DNA of 27,529 nucleotides from an uncultured virus (IMG/VR IMGVR_UViG_3300025408_000002) (lineage: Duplodnaviria; Heunggongvirae; Uroviricota; Caudoviricetes). The notes beneath the pieces were generated by a model. That model saw only the letters and a program-made list of their open reading frames with translations. It was not told the origin of the DNA and ran no database searches. The stretch lies in the IMG/VR virus record IMGVR_UViG_3300025408_000002. The stretch is one strand, 5' to 3'. Within the stretch, counting starts at the first letter, position 1, and every line of letters starts with the position of its first letter. The position numbers and the translations under genes were made by a program. Positions 7,975 through 16,191 of the stretch are shown here, one piece after another.

Positions 7975-9009
7975 ATGGAAGAAATAAATAAACAGCTTGA
8001 CGCAATTTTAAATTTAGCAGACCATTATCTTGTTAAATCTCGACAGGACAAAAGCCATTATTACGATGAGTTTTTAGAAGCAGCGACAATTTTAAAAAGT
8101 GTAATGACTGAAAAGGAGTTTAAGTTTTGGTTGGCCGAAAAAATGCTAATAAAACAACAAGCATTCTTGCCGAAGACGTTTATTCAATATGCTGTTGAAA
8201 CGGCAACTGTTCGATATTTTGCTGAAAAGCATAATGAAAATTTCAGAGTTGAAGCAAAAATAAATCCTAGTAACGACAAAGACGTTGACGTTCAGTTCAC
8301 AGACAAATCCTATTTATACAATATAGAAGTAAAATGCTCTGACTTTGTAGCAAAAGAAGCAGTTGACTCTCAGGACGCCTTTAAGTATGAAACAGTTGGC
8401 AGAATACCAGAAAGACAAGAAACGAAAGAAGTTATATCAAAAGCATTAAATGAAGGAATGGCGAAAAAAGGTGAACAAACTCAACCTCATTTAGATGCTA
8501 AAAATATGGACAATAACCTAAAAGGTTTTCTTGAACTTGCCCACGAAAAATTCAATCCAACACCGAATGAAAATGAAGTAAATATTTTGCTTGTCGGTTG
8601 TGATGATGAAAGAGATATCCAAAAATGGCATTATTATTTATTCGCAAACCAAGGACTTTTTACATCTGAAAGTTATGCGGACGGAACCAAATACAACAAC
8701 GTAGACTTAGTAATTCTCACAAATCAATATTTCAAACACAACGAATACTATTCTAAAAGAGTAAAAAACTCTTGGACGCTTGAAAAGAGCTTCAATCTTG
8801 TATTTAGCAATCCGTCTAGACGATTACTAAAAGAAAAAGCGATAATGAATTTTTTAGACATATTCCCACATTACACTTGGGACTTGTGTAGTTATTCTGT
8901 TCCGGGAGACGCACCATCATACGTTAAGGACAGCGTAAGAATATCTTGGTTTGTAAAGGACAATTTGGAAAAAACAAAAGGAATTTACTTGTTTAATGAG
9001 AATGATTAA
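7975..9009 (+). CDS. Cassette 1: hypothetical protein with PD-(D/E)xK-like motif (344 aa)
   Basis: Intact AT-rich ORF; EAKINP..DKDVDVQF.....YNIEVKC fits E...D...ExK. Confidence 0.85.
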   Translation: MEEINKQLDAILNLADHYLVKSRQDKSHYYDEFLEAATILKSVMTEKEFKFWLAEKMLIKQQAFLPKTFIQYAVETATVRYFAEKHNENFRVEAKINPSNDKDVDVQFTDKSYLYNIEVKCSDFVAKEAVDSQDAFKYETVGRIPERQETKEVISKALNEGMAKKGEQTQPHLDAKNMDNNLKGFLELAHEKFNPTPNENEVNILLVGCDDERDIQKWHYYLFANQGLFTSESYADGTKYNNVDLVILTNQYFKHNEYYSKRVKNSWTLEKSFNLVFSNPSRRLLKEKAIMNFLDIFPHYTWDLCSYSVPGDAPSYVKDSVRISWFVKDNLEKTKGIYLFNEND

Positions 9010-9021
9010 CAGGAGCACTGG

Positions 9022-9153
9022 CTATAACACGGGTTTGGCAAAAGTGGCGGTTTAGTGCTCTGCGGACACATTTGTGGTTAATTAAAGTTTCGTACTCCGC
9101 ATCAAAATTTGTGGTGAAAATCGCCACTTTCGCCAAGCCCGAAACCTTTAGGT
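9022..9153 (+). repeat. attC-like site 1 (long, ~132 bp)
   Basis: R'' CTATAAC 9022-9028; arms GGGTTTGGCAAAAGTGGCG / CGCCACTTTCGCCAAGCCC (17/19 complementary); R' TTTAGGT (GTT changed to TTT). Confidence 0.75.
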
Positions 9154-9175
9154 GCAATATTTAAAACACGACTAC

Positions 9176-11206
9176 ATGGCAATAACACAGCAACAAATAA
9201 ATCAAGCAAAAATAGTTCAAGACGCGGCTGCGCAAGATTTGACACAAGCGGTCAGACTTGTTGCTGGTCCAGGAACAGGTAAGTCTTTTGTAATTGAAGG
9301 ACGAGTTTCATGGTTAATTCAAAACCAAAATATTTTACCCGACAACATTATCGCTGTTTCATTTACAAGAGCAGCGGCAAATGATTTAAGACGTAGAATT
9401 CAATCCAAAGGGCAAAGTGTTGGAATAAATGATATACATAGAGTTAGAGTGTCGACTTTGCACTCGTTAGCTTTATATATTTTACGCAAGACGGGTAACT
9501 TAGCGCAATATCCAACTGACCCAGTAATCTTGGATGATTGGGAGTTGGACAACATTTTCGACAGCGAATTCAGTAGTTCAATTGGCATAACACCAACAAG
9601 AGCTAGTGAAATAAGAAGAGACCATGAAGCATTTTGGAGCACTGGGGTTTGGAATCCAGCCAACTTGCCACCTCTTAACAATCCTGTTTCACAACAAGAA
9701 AGAAATTATTTTAATGGGCACTATGCAACAAGAACACAAACTTATTCTTGCGTATTACCGGGAGAAGTTATACGGACTTGTGTGGACGCAATAAATGGTG
9801 GACATATTGACCCTGTGGCAGAGCTTGGAGTTGAGCATGTAATTATTGATGAAGTTCAAGACTTAAATCCTTGTGATTTCCAATTCATTGATATACTTAT
9901 CCAACGTGGGGTTAATGTATTCGTATCGGGTGATGACGACCAAAGCATATATTCATTTCGATTTGCCTTCCCGCAAGGGATTCAGAACTTTGTTGTTAAC
10001 TATCCAATTGCAAGTAATCATTTATTAAAAGACTGTTTCCGTTGCACAGTTAATATTTTAGGTGCTGCTGCAAATGTATTGAATACATATCCTGACCCAA
10101 ATAGGATTCCTAAGAATTTAACTTCGGTTTATTCCGCTTCCAATCCAACTAACAATGGGTATATTGTTGGCAACAGATTCAACACTGCCAACCAAGAAGT
10201 AGAATACATTGCAAATAGTTGTGCTAGTCTTATTAATAGCGGCATTTCCCCTAAGGACATAATGATTCTTTTGGGAAACAAAAGAACCTTGCTCGACCCA
10301 ATCACTGATGCATTAGGAGTAAGAAACATACCTTTTGATGCAAATCAAAGAGATGTTTTTAAAGATTCCGACCATGGTAGATTTCTAATAAGCCTATTGC
10401 GAATATTAACTGATGCAAATGATTATGTTGCACATAGAGTGCTGTTGGGAGCTCCAAGGGGCATTGGACAAAGAACAACTAATTCTATTGCAAATAAGGT
10501 TATTGCAAACAACTTGAATTACAGAAATATATTTTATCAACCATTGCCAAATAATGTTTTTGCAAACCGAGAACCGAATGCAATTAATAAAGCCATTAGT
10601 AATATAAATATAGTTAACGCTTGGAACTTAAATGAAGACTTAAACCAAAGAGCTGGTGATATTGACCAAATTATTTTAATCAATTTCACTCAAGCTGAAG
10701 TGACTGATTGGAGAAATCAAATTCAAAATATACCATTATCAATGACTCTTTCGGAACTTAAGGAATACATTGAAACGGATTCCGAAGTTGTAAAGTCCAG
10801 CATTATCGCCAATATTCTTCAAAGGCAAAATCATCAAGGGAACAATCCGCCTGCACAAAACCCTCTCGACAAAATTAGAATTATGTCTTTTCATTCTTCA
10901 AAAGGACTTGATTCCAAAATTGTCTTTATTCACGGATTAGAAGAAGGTATCTTTCCAACATTACGGTCGCAGCAATCTCCAGGTCTTATTCTAGAAAATG
11001 CAAGACTATTTTATGTGGCTATTACTAGAGCAAAAGCAGCCTGCTTATTGAGTTACTCATCAAGAAGAACTATTAATGGGACATACACACATACGGTAGC
11101 TTCAAGATTTGCTCAGGCAACTGGGGTTGTATTTACGCAACAAGCAAATAATCAGCTGAGTGCTAATGAAATTGCACAAATACAGACATCCATTGCAGAC
11201 TTATAA
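9176..11206 (+). CDS. Cassette 2: UvrD/Rep/PcrA-family SF1 DNA helicase (676 aa)
   Basis: AGPGTGKS, SFTRAAA, STLHSLA, IDEVQD, GDDDQSIYSFR, FRC, HSSKGL, RLFYVAITRAK; start moved to ATG 9176 because GTG 9152 lies inside the attC. Confidence 0.92.
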   Translation: MAITQQQINQAKIVQDAAAQDLTQAVRLVAGPGTGKSFVIEGRVSWLIQNQNILPDNIIAVSFTRAAANDLRRRIQSKGQSVGINDIHRVRVSTLHSLALYILRKTGNLAQYPTDPVILDDWELDNIFDSEFSSSIGITPTRASEIRRDHEAFWSTGVWNPANLPPLNNPVSQQERNYFNGHYATRTQTYSCVLPGEVIRTCVDAINGGHIDPVAELGVEHVIIDEVQDLNPCDFQFIDILIQRGVNVFVSGDDDQSIYSFRFAFPQGIQNFVVNYPIASNHLLKDCFRCTVNILGAAANVLNTYPDPNRIPKNLTSVYSASNPTNNGYIVGNRFNTANQEVEYIANSCASLINSGISPKDIMILLGNKRTLLDPITDALGVRNIPFDANQRDVFKDSDHGRFLISLLRILTDANDYVAHRVLLGAPRGIGQRTTNSIANKVIANNLNYRNIFYQPLPNNVFANREPNAINKAISNINIVNAWNLNEDLNQRAGDIDQIILINFTQAEVTDWRNQIQNIPLSMTLSELKEYIETDSEVVKSSIIANILQRQNHQGNNPPAQNPLDKIRIMSFHSSKGLDSKIVFIHGLEEGIFPTLRSQQSPGLILENARLFYVAITRAKAACLLSYSSRRTINGTYTHTVASRFAQATGVVFTQQANNQLSANEIAQIQTSIADL

Positions 11207-11221
11207 AAAGAGAAATACTGA

Positions 11222-11353
11222 GCCTAACAGCCGTTTGTCGAAATGGGGGCTTGCGTGGTTAAATCAAGTGCATTGCTTCTGCCAACATTTGTGCTTAGTT
11301 GACAGTCAAGTGCTCCGAAATCCCCCACTGCGGCAAACGACATAGCGTTTTCG
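11222..11353 (+). repeat. attC-like site 2 (long, ~132 bp)
   Basis: R'' GCCTAAC; arms CGTTTGTCGAAATGGGGG / CCCCCACTGCGGCAAACG (15/18); R' GTTTTCG. Confidence 0.75.
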
Positions 11354-11424
11354 GCAAGGCGTGGAGAACAGTGCGAACTCAAACAATGCGACAAGAAATA
11401 GTCACATTATTGACAAAATTGGCG

Positions 11425-12333
11425 ATGAAAACAAAAAATACACAATGCAACGAAGACGGCGACAATGGTATCATTGCTGCTTCTGTGATTGTAACAATTG
11501 CAATTATTGGACTATGGACTTTAACATATATTTTATTGAAAGACTTAGAAGAAGGAGCCAGAGGGACGTTTGGTGATATGTTCGGTTCAGTAAACGCATT
11601 GTTTTCTGGACTTGCATTCGCAGGTATTATCCTAACCATATTGCTGCAACGTAAAGAACTAAAATTACAAAGAGAAGAACTCAGATCCACGAGAGCTGAG
11701 TTTGAAACACAAAACGAAACTTTGAAGCTTCAACGTTTTGAAAACACTTTTTTTAGCATTCTCAACCTTCATCACCAAATTGTATCTGCTATTGATTACA
11801 GATATTACGTGAGCAAAAAGAGAAAAAAAAATTTTATCGAAAAAGGTTTTAAGACGATGAAGCCAGAGGAAATGGAGGCTGTGACAATAAAAGGACGAGA
11901 CGTATTTCGACACCGGTACAATTTGATGCTTCCAAAACTCAAAGAACATCCTGACAAATACGAAGAAATATACATGTCCCATTACGAAACTGCTCAGACG
12001 GACTTTGGCCATTACTTTAGAAATCTTTATCGAATGATAAAGTTGGTTGACCAAACGGACTTTTTTTATGACAGTAGAACGGTTTCAAAAGAGGAGATTT
12101 GCAAAATTAAGTATCGGTATACCAGTATAATTAGGTCTCAAATATCAGACTATGAACTACTTTGGATATTCTATAATTGTTTAAGTGCGAACGGCAAGAA
12201 CAAATTCAAGCCTCTTGTAGAGCATTATTCATTTTTTAAAAACATACCGACAAGCCTTATTGCGGACAAAATGCATGCAGGCTTGTATGATAAAAAAGCC
12301 TTCACGCCAAATGACATACAGCACAGCCGCTAA
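11425..12333 (+). CDS. Cassette 3: putative phage abortive infection protein (putAbiC-like, two N-terminal TM helices)
   Basis: GTFGDMFGSVNALFSGLAF..LQRKEL..QRFENTFF...GHYFRNLY...IIRSQISDYEL..IFYN..KFKPLVE.Y.FFKN. Stop TAA is part of R'' CGCTAAC. Alternative start at 11386. Confidence 0.85.
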   Translation: MKTKNTQCNEDGDNGIIAASVIVTIAIIGLWTLTYILLKDLEEGARGTFGDMFGSVNALFSGLAFAGIILTILLQRKELKLQREELRSTRAEFETQNETLKLQRFENTFFSILNLHHQIVSAIDYRYYVSKKRKKNFIEKGFKTMKPEEMEAVTIKGRDVFRHRYNLMLPKLKEHPDKYEEIYMSHYETAQTDFGHYFRNLYRMIKLVDQTDFFYDSRTVSKEEICKIKYRYTSIIRSQISDYELLWIFYNCLSANGKNKFKPLVEHYSFFKNIPTSLIADKMHAGLYDKKAFTPNDIQHSR

Positions 12334-12373
12334 CAAGCGTTTGGCTCAATGGCGGGTGACGTGGTTAATTAAA
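12328..12373 (+). repeat. Truncated attC-like site 3 (left half only)
   Basis: CGCTAAC AAGCGTTTGGCTCAATGGCGGGTGACGTGGTTAA parallels the left half of site 2; the right arm is replaced by the 196-bp repeat. Confidence 0.7.
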
Positions 12374-12374
12374 C

Positions 12375-12570
12375 CCTGAATCCGTGAGTAGCACCATCTG
12401 CGCGTCCCAAATATCCTGATCGAGAGTGACTTCCGAGATGGCCAGTTCCTTTCACATGACCGATTCGATTTTTATGACGATTTCACGCACTCAATGTATC
12501 GGATATTATGACCATGTACATGCCGGAACGGCTCCGGTGATCGGAGCGAAGGTATTAATTCAACACAGAA
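12375..12570 (+). repeat. 196-bp direct repeat, copy 1
   Basis: Ungapped match to 17455-17650 with 9 mismatches by hand count. Confidence 0.95.
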
Positions 12571-12587
12571 CTAACCGTCTCGGATGT

Positions 12588-12690
12588 GCGCAACATGCCA
12601 GGTGAGTTCTTGCCGAAGGTAGAAAGTGGCGCGTAAACAAAATATTGCCTCAAACGCGTATCTCAAGGATCGGAACTCACGGAATTAGGG
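12588..12690 (+). repeat. Degenerate attC-like site (short-box type)
   Basis: GCGCAAC, then perfect inverted pair GTGAGTTC (12602-12609) / GAACTCAC (12673-12680), then ATTAGGG, 30 nt before the next ORF. Confidence 0.4.
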
Positions 12691-12720
12691 CAAAATGTTC
12701 AATCAATAAATGGTTGTAAA

Positions 12721-14628
12721 ATGCCGGTGATAATCAACAGAAGTGACGCTCCAGATCACTTGTTTGATATCCCTGAGTTGGATTTCTCCGGGGATCTGTT
12801 TGCAGAGCGCTTAGGTGGTCCATGGTTCAGACTTGGCGCGTGGACTATCGAACCTCGTCGCGACGAACGGGAAGTTGAGGATGTTGTCGAACGCCAAAGC
12901 ATTCTAATCGATCCTGAGTGCTTTGCTAAGATTTTTGAAACCTTAGATTCTATCGACAACGTTCTCGGCAGGCTTGGGAAGCCGAGTGGCTCAGTTCACT
13001 ATGTGGATGGAGAGAAAGAATATAGGTACAGTCCCTTTCACCAGTTTGATCTAACGCATGACTCCGCTATCGGTGAGCCATTGGTTTTTAGGAATCCCAC
13101 ATCCTCTGGTTTCGAGCTTATTATTAATCCGGACTTATGGCTCTTCTTTGAGTTGGTGGAAAAAGCGCACGGCAATGGCATTTGGTGGGACCCGCGTAAA
13201 GGAGTTGACGCAATAGTTCAGCGTGTGATTGGCTCGAGCAAACTGGAAGTCGTTGAAATAAGAGTCGATTATCTGAGTAAATACCTCCAGTCGCGTCAAA
13301 AGACATTACTCGTCGGCCATTATCGCCACCTGCATCTATTTGCACAGACTCAAAGAAAGATTGATGCATTTGCGAACGAGGACGTGACTTTGGGGTCGCC
13401 AGAACAGGGCGCGAAGGTCGTCGTGCAAAATTGGGGGCTCCAGAGGGATCCTACACCATTCCTCCAACGAAGGTTGCACCTGTGGATCGAGATTAGACCG
13501 CCAGCGATCAATGTCGACGATCCATGGGCCGACCAGCCGCCCTTCGACCCATACATGTTCACGCTGCCTACTCGGGTCGGTCCAGTGGCCCCTGCACGTT
13601 GGACCCGCTTTCGCGGTAATGAAGTGAGCACATTCGAAGGTAGCGTCTGCGACTTTATGGATTGCGTCTGGTTTCGTCAGGAGGTATTGACTAAATATGA
13701 AGGGGCTTCAGGTTTCGAGATAGCGGATAATGGTTCTGTTTCATGTCACCATTACTGGGGGCTTAACCGCAGTACGGCGAGGATTGGGAACGAACTACTT
13801 GCCACTGCCATCGGCGACTTTGCTGAGGGGGTCCCTTTTGAGGAGTGGCCACACTGGAAACAGTATGCAGTCGAACCGCCAAGTCAAGAGGCGATAGAGA
13901 CACTCAGAGACGAACAGACGGTGGCTGACGCAGTCAATTCCCTTGTCCAAGCACTTGACGATCTCAATTATGCCTTCGAAGAATTAGCCGGTTCGCTTGG
14001 TGTGACGATTCCGGAACCGCTTTGGCAAGGATCACTCAATAGTTTAGCTGCCCGACAGCTGAAATGGGTATATCCTGCTACAGCGGATGATGACGAATTC
14101 ATGAAACGAGCGACTCTCGCTTCAACGCTGGTTCTTGAGGCGCTGAAACCAGCGTCACTAAGGAAACTGTTGATTGCTATATACCCAAATCTCCACATGA
14201 TCGACGAGACTCCACCCCGACCTCTTGGTTCACGTAATCTCCTACAGCGGTTAACCTTGATTGCGACGCTATTCGAAGAATTCCAAGCCGACATTGTGAT
14301 CATTCCGAGTTTAGTGAAGCAAGCGGAGGGTAAAGCTCATGATGAAGGCGAGCCTGAGCTACTTGAGGAATTGGAAAGTGCATACAGAAGGTTACGAGAC
14401 GAATTTGCTCCATTGGCTTTCCTATATGACCTAAGAACTTACGGCGGGCTTGCTCACGCACCGAACAACGCTCAGGCCTCGAAGACAGCAGTGCAACTTG
14501 GCCTCCCTGAGAAGAACTGGCACCGCTCAGACTATCTCCTTCTTCTCAAAGTTGTTGCAGATAGCTTACGCAAGATCAGCAAACGCCTTGACGGGGCTAT
14601 ACAAGCTATCATTAAGCGAAGTGGATGA
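12721..14628 (+). CDS. Cassette 4: hypothetical protein with C-terminal HEPN-like helical domain (635 aa)
   Basis: Long intact ORF; helical C-terminus with LYDLRTYGGLAH (R-x6-H); function inferred only. Confidence 0.8.
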   Translation: MPVIINRSDAPDHLFDIPELDFSGDLFAERLGGPWFRLGAWTIEPRRDEREVEDVVERQSILIDPECFAKIFETLDSIDNVLGRLGKPSGSVHYVDGEKEYRYSPFHQFDLTHDSAIGEPLVFRNPTSSGFELIINPDLWLFFELVEKAHGNGIWWDPRKGVDAIVQRVIGSSKLEVVEIRVDYLSKYLQSRQKTLLVGHYRHLHLFAQTQRKIDAFANEDVTLGSPEQGAKVVVQNWGLQRDPTPFLQRRLHLWIEIRPPAINVDDPWADQPPFDPYMFTLPTRVGPVAPARWTRFRGNEVSTFEGSVCDFMDCVWFRQEVLTKYEGASGFEIADNGSVSCHHYWGLNRSTARIGNELLATAIGDFAEGVPFEEWPHWKQYAVEPPSQEAIETLRDEQTVADAVNSLVQALDDLNYAFEELAGSLGVTIPEPLWQGSLNSLAARQLKWVYPATADDDEFMKRATLASTLVLEALKPASLRKLLIAIYPNLHMIDETPPRPLGSRNLLQRLTLIATLFEEFQADIVIIPSLVKQAEGKAHDEGEPELLEELESAYRRLRDEFAPLAFLYDLRTYGGLAHAPNNAQASKTAVQLGLPEKNWHRSDYLLLLKVVADSLRKISKRLDGAIQAIIKRSG

Positions 14629-14695
14629 TCTGTACTCGAACGAGGCTATTTGAGAGGCTATTTGAAAAGTTTTACGAACACAACCGCGTGTCGCT

Positions 14696-14789
14696 GCCCA
14701 GCAACTGAGTGGAGCCCCCCACGCCAATGGCAACATTTTGGCAGTTGGACTTTATCGAAGACGTGTCAGCTCACCGCATAACTTTAGAC
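14696..14789 (+). repeat. Degenerate attC-like site
   Basis: GCCCAGC (R'', AAC changed to AGC), GTGGAGC / GCTCAC L boxes with one extra base, TTTAGAC (R', GTT changed to TTT). Confidence 0.55.
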
Positions 14790-14805
14790 GGAGGCCAAGA
14801 TCATC

Positions 14806-16089
14806 ATGCACAAGGTAGACATCTTTTCACCATTCGAAAACCGACCCGATCATCACGAGGATCGACTGAGCTGGGGGCTTATGGTAGCGTTGAAGTACGC
14901 CCCTGAACTCCAACGGATGCTACGTGATCTCATCATTGGTAAACTTCCTGCAGGAAGATGGCCGATCAGGACAGACTGGGAACCTGCCTCTGTCTCTACG
15001 CAAACCGCTAAACTTGGGACGGACGCCGCATTCGTTGTATCAGTCCTATTGTCAGACACGTCCCTAGACACACAGGTTGATGTGCGACTATCCGAAAGAA
15101 CCGCCCGGTATGACGGAGTCGTTCAGTATACAGATGGCTTTGTCTTGGTAATCGAAAACAAACCCCGCCGATCCCACGTGTGGATCACACAACTGTCGCC
15201 GAGTCGCGAATCATTCACCGATCTTGCTGACGATGTTGAACTATTCGAACAAGCTGTCTCAATTGAATGGGCCGAGGTACTTGAAGGAATACTCAACTGC
15301 TCCGGATCACGAGTAGCTACCTACTCCGCGCGAAGCCTTGCTAGTGATTTTCTTCGCTTCGTCGAAGATCTCCATCCCACGCTCAGCCCGTACCGAACTT
15401 TCGAACTGTGCGGCAAGCGGCAAGAAGCGTTTACGAGGAGGATAGAGACGCTATTGAATTCCATTGGTCAAGGCACTGGCTGCGAGGTAGGTGTCAGACC
15501 AGGCGCTCAACCGTACCTCAACCTTTCTTTGATGGCTGTCCAGCAGCTCCATCTCTCAGTCGTTAATTCAGAGGATTGGGGGGAGGTTCTTATGCTGAAA
15601 ATTTGGCCGGGCGATACTGTAAAGCAGGCTCGTGCTTTCTTTGAGCGAGTTAACCGAGGCGCATTTCTCAATTTGGAAAACCAAGGCTGGCAAATCAGAC
15701 CGAACCTCCACTTCTCGCATATGCAAAAGCATTTAGTCTGGGCAAATACAGGGCTTCGCGTATCTGAGTATTTCGATTACTTCGCTACAAACATCAATGA
15801 GATCGGAAAGAAGAATTTCGAGGAGATGTCGTTGGCAGATTTGACTATGAAATGGGAAGGAGCTGGCCTAATTTCGGCAGAAGACACCGAGAAACTGCAA
15901 CGAATGTTCGGTGAGACCAAACGGAGCTTCCTCAACGTTATTCCGGGATTCAATCTGGTGAGTGCTCTACCGATGGCAAAGGTAATCGAATTCGAGAGAT
16001 CTCATCGCCTCGAACAAGAACTTCTCGATTCCCTGCAAGTCCCAATATCTGCATGGGGTGAAAGCATCCCCCAATGGGGCTCCGTCTGA
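14806..16089 (+). CDS. Cassette 5: PD-(D/E)xK nuclease superfamily protein (427 aa)
   Basis: RBS GGAGG; HEDRLS...RYDGVV.....VLVIENK catalytic pattern in the N-terminal domain; uncharacterised C-terminal half. Confidence 0.8.
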   Translation: MHKVDIFSPFENRPDHHEDRLSWGLMVALKYAPELQRMLRDLIIGKLPAGRWPIRTDWEPASVSTQTAKLGTDAAFVVSVLLSDTSLDTQVDVRLSERTARYDGVVQYTDGFVLVIENKPRRSHVWITQLSPSRESFTDLADDVELFEQAVSIEWAEVLEGILNCSGSRVATYSARSLASDFLRFVEDLHPTLSPYRTFELCGKRQEAFTRRIETLLNSIGQGTGCEVGVRPGAQPYLNLSLMAVQQLHLSVVNSEDWGEVLMLKIWPGDTVKQARAFFERVNRGAFLNLENQGWQIRPNLHFSHMQKHLVWANTGLRVSEYFDYFATNINEIGKKNFEEMSLADLTMKWEGAGLISAEDTEKLQRMFGETKRSFLNVIPGFNLVSALPMAKVIEFERSHRLEQELLDSLQVPISAWGESIPQWGSV

Positions 16090-16172
16090 TTATGGAGTTG
16101 ACCAGATGCGAGCGGAAGCTATTCTGTGCAGACTTGTTTCATAAGCCAATGGACGCTGAAAAGTCGTTAGCT
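16084..16172 (+). repeat. Degenerate attC-like site closing cassette 5
   Basis: CTCCGTCTGAT (16080-16090) is complementary (9/11, 8 contiguous) to the cassette start TTTAGACGGAG (14783-14793); canonical R' GTTAGCT at 16166-16172. Confidence 0.5.
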
Positions 16173-16191
16173 GGGCAACATCAATGACTAA

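Larger units (their letters stand above)
7946..16172 (+). mobile_element. Integron-like gene cassette array (at least 5 cassettes)
   Basis: Co-oriented single ORFs, each followed by an attC-like inverted-repeat element; cassette starts complementary to their own ends; abrupt GC shifts. Confidence 0.7.

Noticed and set aside
7975..11206. Gabija system
   Set aside because: The upstream gene has no ABC-ATPase/TOPRIM (OLD) motifs, and the two genes lie in separate cassettes
9022..12373. CRISPR array or tRNA/rRNA genes
   Set aside because: Repeats are long, divergent and separated by whole genes; no short regularly spaced repeats, cas genes or cloverleaf seen anywhere in the window
14642..14670. 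IS end (GAGGCTATTTGA x2 + AAAGT)
   Set aside because: Resembles an IS terminus, but no convincing partner repeat or transposase; only a 12-bp tandem duplication can be supported
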